From: a virus
IMG/VR virus record: IMGVR_UViG_3300015203_000001
Location: 1 to 64,000 of that record
Reading direction: 5' to 3' (one strand)
Length of the DNA stretch: 64,000 nucleotides
The notes under the pieces: model-generated
What the model was told of the DNA's origin: nothing
Database searches by the model: none
The model's input: only the letters and a program-made list of their open reading frames with translations
Shown: one piece after another, positions 9,957 through 14,805 of the stretch
How the letters are laid out: every line of letters starts with the position of its first letter
How positions within the stretch are numbered: position 1 is the stretch's first letter
Made by a program: the position numbers and the translations under genes

Positions 9957-10341
9957 TAGTAGTAGTATTTAAATTAGTATTAACAATCTTAAACATATAT
10001 ACCTGTTGATCTTTCTCTGGAAATAGTATAGGTGCTATTGTGATAATATCTCCAGTCCTTAGTATCAATCTCTTTCTGAATAGAGAGCCACTAGTTCCTA
10101 TGTAGTTAGAGAGTGAGGAGTCAGATAGATTCAACTTCTCCTTCACAATTTTCTTACCAGACCTTCCAAATCTATGTGAGGAAAGATCACCATTAAGAGA
10201 CATAAATGCAGCTAATACTTCCATCTCTTTATCCATCATCCTATTTTCAGTGGGGAGTATACAGTTGATGAATGAGAGATGGGTATAATAATATTGGGAT
10301 TCTGATAACTCTAGTTTCTTTTTTATTTCAGGCATTATCAT
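9949..10341 (-). CDS. hypothetical protein (130 aa)
   Basis: ORF track; co-directional. Confidence 0.55.
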   Translation of the reverse strand: MIMPEIKKKLELSESQYYYTHLSFINCILPTENRMMDKEMEVLAAFMSLNGDLSSHRFGRSGKKIVKEKLNLSDSSLSNYIGTSGSLFRKRLILRTGDIITIAPILFPEKDQQVYMFKIVNTNLNTTTNE

Positions 10342-10357
10342 TTGTTCTATCTGTGTT

Positions 10358-10639
10358 TTAATTTATCTTAATCCCCAATCTTTCACATCTAGCTCTCATC
10401 TTAGTAACTCCTTCTAGTCCACCTATAAATCTAACTTCACACCAACTAGCATTTCCTAATGTACATAGTAATTTAAATTCATTATCTGATAGTGATGGAT
10501 AATCATGTGCTGCATATTCGTATATAGGCTTTTGAGGTTTGTAATTTTTAAACACCTCCTCTAATTCTTTAGCTAGATTAAAGTTTGTAGGATCATATGT
10601 GATCTTATTATCTTGTAACTGTTCTAGTATACTTTTCAT
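10358..10639 (-). CDS. hypothetical protein (93 aa)
   Basis: ORF track; 4-nt overlap with the upstream ORF. Confidence 0.55.
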   Translation of the reverse strand: MKSILEQLQDNKITYDPTNFNLAKELEEVFKNYKPQKPIYEYAAHDYPSLSDNEFKLLCTLGNASWCEVRFIGGLEGVTKMRARCERLGIKIN

Positions 10640-11019
10640 CTAATCCTCTGTATTGTTAATCTACTCTTATTGACTATAACTTCAGTCCATGTAGATGATA
10701 ATAGATCATCTCTATCTTTCACACCTACAAATGTTATATGATGTTCACTGGCTAGTCTCTTTAATACTCTATCAAATAGAAACTCATTAGCTCTCCTATC
10801 AGCCCCATTTTGGTAGTGATCTCTTACTAGTATAATAGTATCTGTAGTAAATAGAAGTTGGATAATACTATCTATTAAACGAGTAGTATTACCCATCCTT
10901 CTATTCTGACTTATCCACTCTTCCCTAAGTATTAAATTAAATTGTGTTCCTCCAACTCCTGGCCTATCTTCTATAGGAGTCAAAGAAGTATTAGAAGTCT
11001 GAAGTTTTAATTCTGACAT
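10636..11019 (-). CDS. hypothetical protein (127 aa)
   Basis: ORF track; co-directional. Confidence 0.55.
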   Translation of the reverse strand: MSELKLQTSNTSLTPIEDRPGVGGTQFNLILREEWISQNRRMGNTTRLIDSIIQLLFTTDTIILVRDHYQNGADRRANEFLFDRVLKRLASEHHITFVGVKDRDDLLSSTWTEVIVNKSRLTIQRIR

Positions 11020-11039
11020 TAGTATGTATGTGTTATAGA

Positions 11040-11252
11040 TTACTGTATAGAATATTGGAATGGAGTCTTATCAGACTCAATAGCACATTCTAGATTACCT
11101 AATCCATTTATGATTAGATACCTTCCTTTAGATAGTAATATTCTTAACTGCCCATCTTTAGTTAAGTGAGAATCAACTTCAGCCTGTCTAAGAACATCAG
11201 GAACTCCCTGAGTATCAATAGGAGTATGATATTTTTCCTGTAAATGTAGCAT
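11040..11252 (-). CDS. hypothetical protein (70 aa), first gene of the leftward block
   Basis: ORF track; preceded by AAGGAGG 8 nt upstream and by a host-type promoter. Confidence 0.5.
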   Translation of the reverse strand: MLHLQEKYHTPIDTQGVPDVLRQAEVDSHLTKDGQLRILLSKGRYLIINGLGNLECAIESDKTPFQYSIQ

Positions 11253-11260
11253 AACTAATT

Positions 11261-11265
11261 CCTCC
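11261..11265 (-). promoter_or_regulatory. Shine-Dalgarno-like GGAGG, 8 nt before the ATG at 11252
   Basis: The + strand reads cctcc at 11261-11265; the minus strand reads aaaaaaGGAGGaattagttATG. Confidence 0.5.
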
Positions 11266-11279
11266 TTTTTTCATTTTTA

Positions 11280-11425
11280 TTTGAACTAATTTCAGTTTGA
11301 ACTGAAGTTTCTACAGCCTGACTGGGAGAAGTTCAGATACAAATGTACTATTGTTGAAGGAGAATTTCAAATTTATTTGAAGTTTGTTCAGAAATATTTG
11401 AACTTTATTTAGTTCTAACTGAACT
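11280..11425. repeat. cluster of TGAACT-family sites (operator-like) flanking the leftward promoter
   Basis: TTTGAACT at 11280, 11296 and 11397; cTGAACT at 11419; inverted AGTTCA at 11330 and GTTCA at 11386. 16-bp palindrome TTCAGTT-tg-AACTGAA at 11291-11306; tAGTTctAACTG at 11410-11421. Confidence 0.6.
11340..11371 (-). promoter_or_regulatory. Bacteroidota-type sigma-A promoter facing left (TTTG-N20-TAcaTTTG)
   Basis: The minus strand reads TTTG (11371-11368), 20 nt, then TACATTTG (11347-11340). This is an exact fit to the published -33 TTTG / -7 TAnnTTTG consensus and spacing. Confidence 0.6.
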
Positions 11426-11444
11426 TAGTTAAAATTTTTTTGAA

Positions 11445-11543
11445 ATTTTTAGGAGAGATGTAGATACTTGGAGTAATGAAAATAAAATTTTTAGGGAAAG
11501 TATGTATTTAAATTATTATAAAATTATTTTTAGGAAGAATGTA
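11445..11543 (+). repeat. three iteron-like direct repeats ATTTTTAGG-N4-6-ATGTA
   Basis: 11445-11462 ATTTTTAGGAGAGATGTA; 11487-11506 ATTTTTAGGGAAAGTATGTA; 11526-11543 ATTTTTAGGAAGAATGTA. Start-to-start spacing is 42 and 39 nt. Confidence 0.6.
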
Positions 11544-11567
11544 AGAAGATAAACTACCCCACTTACA

Positions 11568-11587
11568 ACCTCCACCAATAATTGATA
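11568..11587 (+). promoter_or_regulatory. conserved box A: ACCTCCACCAAT-aat-TGATA
   Basis: One of five same-strand copies; intergenic; followed by a hairpin-rich, ORF-poor stretch. Confidence 0.5.
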
Positions 11588-11715
11588 ACTAATAGTCCCC
11601 CGGCATTAGTTAGTGAGATAGAATGCTTTGGGCTGGATATATAATAGAGTATGACTACGTACACTGCAAAGTGTTAGAATAGCTCTCAACTTCTGAACAC
11701 AGAAGGCTCTATTAT
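11586..11715 (+). repeat. nested inverted repeats (structured element 1)
   Basis: Hairpin TAACTAAT/ATTAGTTA (11586-11612). 9-bp arms ATAATAGAG (11641-11649) / CTCTATTAT (11707-11715) enclose CTTCTG-aaca-CAGAAG (11690-11705). Confidence 0.55.
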
Positions 11716-11724
11716 TATCCACCC

Positions 11725-11744
11725 ACCTCCACCAATTTCTGATA
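11725..11744 (+). promoter_or_regulatory. conserved box B: ACCTCCACCAAT-ttc-TGATA
   Basis: Identical 12-nt core; preceded by the DnaA-box-like TTATCCACC (11715-11723). Confidence 0.5.
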
Positions 11745-11769
11745 GTTGAGTTAATAATAGTAGGATTAA

Positions 11770-11907
11770 ATGACAAAATGGAGAGGATTTATAACACATC
11801 TAATCGAAATAGATGAGTTAGGCTTTGATAGTTACTGGTATGTAAAGCAAAAAGGGTCATGTAGTGTTTGTGATAATGTATATCTTAGGACAACATTGAT
11901 AGCTTAG
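11770..11907 (+). CDS. possible 45-aa micro-ORF (MTKWRGFITHLIEIDELGFDSYWYVKQKGSCSVCDNVYLRTTLIA)
   Basis: Hand translation; AGGA 4 nt upstream. The start codon lies in the outer stem arm and the ORF body in the inner stem arm, so this may be a non-coding structure instead. Confidence 0.25.
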   Translation: MTKWRGFITHLIEIDELGFDSYWYVKQKGSCSVCDNVYLRTTLIA

Positions 11908-11945
11908 ACCACATACCAGTAACTATTCTACAGTCATTTTGTCAT
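11770..11945 (+). repeat. nested long-range inverted repeats (structured element 2)
   Basis: Outer 11-bp perfect arms ATGACAAAATG (11770-11780) / CATTTTGTCAT (11935-11945). Inner 16-bp perfect arms ATAGTTACTGGTATGT (11828-11843) / ACATACCAGTAACTAT (11911-11926). Confidence 0.7.
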
Positions 11946-12009
11946 GACATCCAATCAGGTCACAAAACTATAGCCTCAATATTCTTCATAAGTCAGTATT
12001 AACCAATCA

Positions 12010-12029
12010 ACCTCCACCAATTCTTGATA
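12010..12029 (+). promoter_or_regulatory. conserved box C: ACCTCCACCAAT-tct-TGATA
   Basis: Ends 38 nt before the ATG at 12068. Confidence 0.55.
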
Positions 12030-12052
12030 GTATTATAATTATAAATCACTTA

Positions 12053-12063
12053 TTAAACTAAAT
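12053..12063 (+). promoter_or_regulatory. leader motif TTAAACTAAAT (copy 1 of 7)
   Basis: Ends 4 nt before the ATG at 12068. Confidence 0.5.
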
Positions 12064-12067
12064 CGTT

Positions 12068-12352
12068 ATGACCATCAATCAAATTAAATCAGAGCTTTCA
12101 TTAAAGAATGACACTCAAATTGTAGCTCTCAACATGGTTCAGCAGTTAGATGCTGATAAGCTGCCTACAGAGTGGGTTAGCCACTGGGATAATGCTAAGA
12201 GGTTGAGAATAGTAATGCATCAAGACCTATTTGCATTAGTATTAGCTAATCCTGCAATGTCCACATTAGCTTACAAGACAGAGGTTGTAAGTGACAAGAA
12301 CTACACTCGCTATGTGGTTATCAATCCTAAGGGATTAGTTGGCTCGATCTAA
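12068..12352 (+). CDS. hypothetical early protein (94 aa)
   Basis: ORF track; first gene of the rightward block; preceded by box C and the leader motif, followed by a terminator; visibly more G+C than its neighbours. Confidence 0.7.
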   Translation: MTINQIKSELSLKNDTQIVALNMVQQLDADKLPTEWVSHWDNAKRLRIVMHQDLFALVLANPAMSTLAYKTEVVSDKNYTRYVVINPKGLVGSI

Positions 12353-12362
12353 TCAACAACAG

Positions 12363-12403
12363 ACAATACTACTCAATTATGGGTAGTATTGTTTTATTTA
12401 TTT
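12363..12403 (+). terminator. intrinsic terminator
   Basis: 10-bp stem ACAATACTAC/GTAGTATTGT (12363-12372 / 12383-12392) followed by TTTATTTATTT. Confidence 0.65.
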
Positions 12404-12420
12404 ATACACACATCCTAACA

Positions 12421-12440
12421 ACCTCCACCAATCTTTGATA
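12421..12440 (+). promoter_or_regulatory. conserved box D: ACCTCCACCAAT-ctt-TGATA
   Basis: Ends 31 nt before the ATG at 12472. Confidence 0.55.
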
Positions 12441-12457
12441 TTATCCCATTCACTCTT

Positions 12458-12468
12458 ATAAACTAAAT
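12458..12468 (+). promoter_or_regulatory. leader motif aTAAACTAAAT (copy 2)
   Basis: Ends 3 nt before the ATG at 12472. Confidence 0.5.
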
Positions 12469-12471
12469 CAC

Positions 12472-12534
12472 ATGACAGTCCTTATTATCAATTCAAATGA
12501 TTCTGTAACAACAATAGAAGATTATTTAGATTGA
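12472..12534 (+). CDS. possible 20-codon leader ORF (MTVLIINSNDSVTTIEDYLD)
   Basis: Hand translation. It has the same box-plus-leader context as the real gene at 12068, but is very short. Confidence 0.25.
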   Translation: MTVLIINSNDSVTTIEDYLD

Positions 12535-12564
12535 GATTATCAATAAATTCTTATCTTTGAACTT

Positions 12565-12643
12565 AATAACTATTATTCATAGACAATGCTAAGTTATTGC
12601 ACCCACTGTATAAAGAGTGGAAATCTATATAGTAATAGTTATT
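12565..12643 (+). repeat. inverted repeat (structured element 3)
   Basis: 11-bp arms AATAACTATTA (12565-12575) / TAATAGTTATT (12633-12643) enclosing CCACT-gtataaag-AGTGG. A TTTGAACT copy sits at 12556-12563. Confidence 0.55.
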
Positions 12644-12650
12644 TATAAAT

Positions 12651-12685
12651 CTCCGTATATGTATTGTCATTTGACATATGTGGAG
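12651..12685 (+). other. 12-bp hairpin that needs two G-U pairs (RNA-level structure)
   Basis: CTCCGTATATGT (12651-12662) pairs with ACATATGTGGAG (12674-12685). Positions 5 and 6 pair only as G-U / U-G. Confidence 0.5.
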
Positions 12686-12801
12686 TATAATTGAATGACC
12701 ATTAGCATAAGATGAACAACAATGCATTAAATACATCATTATATCATATTTATAGTTCTCCCTGATATATGGTATGACAACATGTGATAGAGATGTATAA
12801 C

Positions 12802-12840
12802 AAACACTGGATGAAGTATAGTAACCAGTGTTTTATTTTG
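12802..12840 (+). terminator. intrinsic terminator
   Basis: 9-bp stem AAACACTGG/CCAGTGTTT (12802-12810 / 12825-12833) running into TTTTATTTT. Confidence 0.6.
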
Positions 12841-12882
12841 ATTATAATAACTAAAGATAATAAGGTATTAGTCTGTATACCC

Positions 12883-12910
12883 TGAACTTGTAGGAACAGT
12901 TGCAACTGTT
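12883..12910. promoter_or_regulatory. TGAACT plus perfect 16-bp palindrome AACAGTTgcAACTGTT
   Basis: TGAACT at 12883-12888; palindrome at 12895-12910. It shares the core CAGTTnnAACTG with 11293-11304. Confidence 0.55.
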
Positions 12911-13009
12911 AATCTAAACCAAACAGATATAGATATAAATAGAAGATCAGTTATAGACCTACATTGGAGTACTACACTTTAACTGATTTTATTTTTATTC
13001 AATCACCAA

Positions 13010-13020
13010 TTAAACTAAAT
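13010..13020 (+). promoter_or_regulatory. leader motif TTAAACTAAAT (copy 3)
   Basis: Ends 5 nt before the ATG at 13026; preceded by CACCAAT, which is the 3' half of the conserved box. Confidence 0.5.
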
Positions 13021-13025
13021 CAATT

Positions 13026-13187
13026 ATGTCAGTTTCAAGTTGTATTACAGATTGCATTAAATGTGGAGAACAGTTTAATTATAGTCAATATAATAACTGT
13101 CCTAATTGTGGGGCATCATTACCAAAAGAAGATACAGACGATGAAGAATATGATATATTAGACGTAGACTATAATGAAGAAGATTAA
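13026..13187 (+). CDS. 53-aa zinc-ribbon protein with acidic tail
   Basis: Hand translation: MSVSSCITDCIKCGEQFNYSQYNNCPNCGASLPKEDTDDEEYDILDVDYNEED. CxxxCxxC...CxxC pattern, leader motif upstream and hairpin downstream. Preferred over the TTG-start track ORF 12964-13161 in another frame. Confidence 0.5.
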   Translation: MSVSSCITDCIKCGEQFNYSQYNNCPNCGASLPKEDTDDEEYDILDVDYNEED

Positions 13188-13191
13188 CATT

Positions 13192-13225
13192 GATAAGCTG
13201 TATCTCATTAGACATACAGCTTATC
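13192..13225 (+). terminator. 12-bp hairpin after the zinc-ribbon ORF (weak T tract)
   Basis: GATAAGCTGTAT (13192-13203) / ATACAGCTTATC (13214-13225). Confidence 0.4.
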
Positions 13226-13332
13226 TCTTACAATTTGTAAACAACTACTAGATATATGCGTTACTAAATTAAACAGATGGATTTAATAAGAGGAATATAT
13301 CTATATACCTCACAATTAAAATTAATACCTAA

Positions 13333-13349
13333 TTAAACTAAAACTAAAT
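13333..13349 (+). promoter_or_regulatory. leader motif, tandem form TTAAACTAAAACTAAAT (copy 4)
   Basis: Ends 4 nt before the ATG at 13354. Confidence 0.5.
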
Positions 13350-13353
13350 ACAA

Positions 13354-13563
13354 ATGTCAACACATAAACAACACAAGCAATTAGTAAATAGAATATTAGA
13401 AGAACAGAAATCTAAGCCTAAGCCATTAGTTGTAATTGAAACTAATAAGGCAATAGTTATACCTATTATAGAGAGTAAACCTGTAATATATCAACCAGTA
13501 AATTACTCAAACTATTTAGATAAGTTATACTATTTAAATAAACAAAATAGAAAATCTACATGA
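13354..13563 (+). CDS. hypothetical early protein (69 aa), basic
   Basis: ORF track; leader motif upstream. Confidence 0.6.
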   Translation: MSTHKQHKQLVNRILEEQKSKPKPLVVIETNKAIVIPIIESKPVIYQPVNYSNYLDKLYYLNKQNRKST

Positions 13564-13639
13564 TGAGGATGGTTGGGATGAAATGATGAGTAATAAGTTT
13601 GGAGGTATGTATGATTAAGTATCCAGAGTAATTAATACA

Positions 13640-13750
13640 AATAATAAAGAGAGAGTTTAGTTTCAAAGATAAAAAAAAATACTTGATAGCCTAGGTTAAT
13701 ATCAAGAGATGGAGGTATAACGTAATAATCCTCCAACTCTCTTTATTATT
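13640..13750 (+). repeat. nested inverted repeats (structured element 4) containing an A9 tract
   Basis: Arms AATAATAAAGAGAGAGTT (13640-13657) / AACTCTCTTTATTATT (13735-13750): 14 contiguous bp, a 2-nt bulge, then 2 bp. Inner hairpins CTTGATA/TATCAAG (13682-13706) and GGAGG/CCTCC (13711-13734). A9 at 13671-13679. Confidence 0.55.
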
Positions 13751-13840
13751 TCAAAGTATATAAAATAATCAGGTTCTCCAATATCTTCCATTAGTAGGAA
13801 GGCTTTTGCTGAAACTCAAGCCCAGCAAGGCTTTCAGAGG

Positions 13841-13849
13841 TTATCCACA
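13841..13849 (+). promoter_or_regulatory. perfect DnaA-box consensus TTATCCACA
   Basis: Exact 9-mer in an intergenic, locally G+C-richer segment. A single copy could be chance. Confidence 0.35.
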
Positions 13850-13920
13850 ACACAAATTTTGTACGAGAATCCAGAAAAATACATAATATTTACATTTTTA
13901 AATACTCTTTTACAAATTTC

Positions 13921-13947
13921 TTGTGTAAATATCTTATATTTACACAA
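13921..13947. promoter_or_regulatory. 27-bp palindromic operator-like site
   Basis: TTGTGTAAATAT-ctt-ATATTTACACAA, perfect 12-bp arms. Extra half-site ATATTTACA at 13886-13894. TTGCATGCAA palindrome spans the ATG at 13960. Confidence 0.6.
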
Positions 13948-13959
13948 ATATTGTATTGC

Positions 13960-14427
13960 ATGCAATTAAACAAGCTGATTAACCCTTTTATCAATAATTT
14001 AAGAGTTCCATACATAGAAATTATTAAGAAGATACCAGATACTTATGGAGGTGAACCTGAAGCATATAAAGTAGAAGCAGAGAGTTATTTTAGAGTGTAT
14101 TCATCTAAACATATAAGAGTATTTCTATATAAAGAGTTAAATATGTGGGCTAGAGATATGTTTACAGCAATACAGTATTTTACTAACAGTGATTATAAGT
14201 ATGTAATTATCTCTTACGAGAAGATAGTTGAATTATATGGAGAGGATTATGGAAAGAGAAGATATGATGATACTATAAGAGAACTAATAAGGTTTAGTAT
14301 AATAGATATAAAGGATAGAGCAGAAAATGAATATTGGTATAATCCAGCATATTTTAGCCCTACAACTAGAATAACACTATTTGAAGAGTGTCTTTATAAA
14401 GTTAAAACAGTATATAAACAATATTAA
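13960..14427 (+). CDS. hypothetical protein (155 aa), possible winged-helix DNA-binding or initiator-like protein
   Basis: Track ORF 13921-14427 starts at TTG inside the palindrome; the first in-frame ATG is 13960 (MQLNKLINPF...). The segment ISYEKIVELYGEDYGKRRYDDTIRELIRFSIID looks wHTH-like; weak. Confidence 0.6.
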   Translation: MQLNKLINPFINNLRVPYIEIIKKIPDTYGGEPEAYKVEAESYFRVYSSKHIRVFLYKELNMWARDMFTAIQYFTNSDYKYVIISYEKIVELYGEDYGKRRYDDTIRELIRFSIIDIKDRAENEYWYNPAYFSPTTRITLFEECLYKVKTVYKQY

Positions 14428-14436
14428 TCAAATTAT

Positions 14437-14610
14437 ATGAATAATGCAATAGAAATACTTAAAAGATTAATAGAAATGAAGTATGAGCTATTTGATGAAT
14501 ATATGATTAATAATAAAGCTGGAATAGAAGCACCACAAAATATTAAATTAGCTAAGCTAATAAAAGATGCAGAGGATGAAATAGAACTTAATAGAATTAG
14601 ATCAAACTGA
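14437..14610 (+). CDS. hypothetical protein (57 aa, helical)
   Basis: Hand translation MNNAIEILKRLIEMKYELFDEYMINNKAGIEAPQNIKLAKLIKDAEDEIELNRIRSN; starts 9 nt after the previous stop; below the track cutoff. Confidence 0.45.
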   Translation: MNNAIEILKRLIEMKYELFDEYMINNKAGIEAPQNIKLAKLIKDAEDEIELNRIRSN

Positions 14611-14666
14611 ATAAACTTAAATGTATATGTTAATAATAACCCATCTATTATTAATTAATGAATAAC

Positions 14667-14692
14667 AATGTCCTAACTGGACATTTTTTATT
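14667..14692 (+). terminator. intrinsic terminator
   Basis: AATGTCC-taact-GGACATT followed by a T run (14684-14689). Confidence 0.6.
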
Positions 14693-14708
14693 TAAACTCC
14701 ACCTATCC

Positions 14709-14728
14709 ACCTCCACCAATCTTTGATA
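14709..14728 (+). promoter_or_regulatory. conserved box E: ACCTCCACCAAT-ctt-TGATA
   Basis: Directly after a terminator; followed by a 77-nt leader and a strong terminator hairpin before the gene at 14867. Confidence 0.5.
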
Positions 14729-14805
14729 ATACTCTCATTATATGTAACGTTAGTATTAGATTAATAGCCATATAATTGAAGTATTTGGATATGATTTATA
14801 CGGGT

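Noticed and set aside
11568-11579. Reading the conserved box on the other strand as a Shine-Dalgarno (ATTGGTGGAGGT) for leftward micro-genes
   Set aside because: No ATG, GTG or TTG-initiated ORF follows within 5-12 nt on the minus strand at any of the five copies.
12964-13161. 65-aa TTG-start + strand ORF
   Set aside because: It starts at TTG without any upstream signal. The overlapping ATG-start zinc-ribbon ORF 13026-13187 has the conserved leader motif and a downstream hairpin.
13558-13592. Hammerhead-like strings (aTGATGAG ... GAAA ... TGATGAG)
   Set aside because: The core needs CUGAUGA, but both copies read AUGAUGA, and no flanking helices I-III can be drawn.
13921-13959. TTG-start N-terminal extensions proposed by the track (13921, 16106, 37316, 43421)
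   Set aside because: The extensions run through a palindrome (13921), a terminator hairpin (16106) or an upstream micro-ORF (37316), or they add an implausible poly-basic leader (43421). The first in-frame ATGs (13960, 16175, 37325, 43532) fit the context better.
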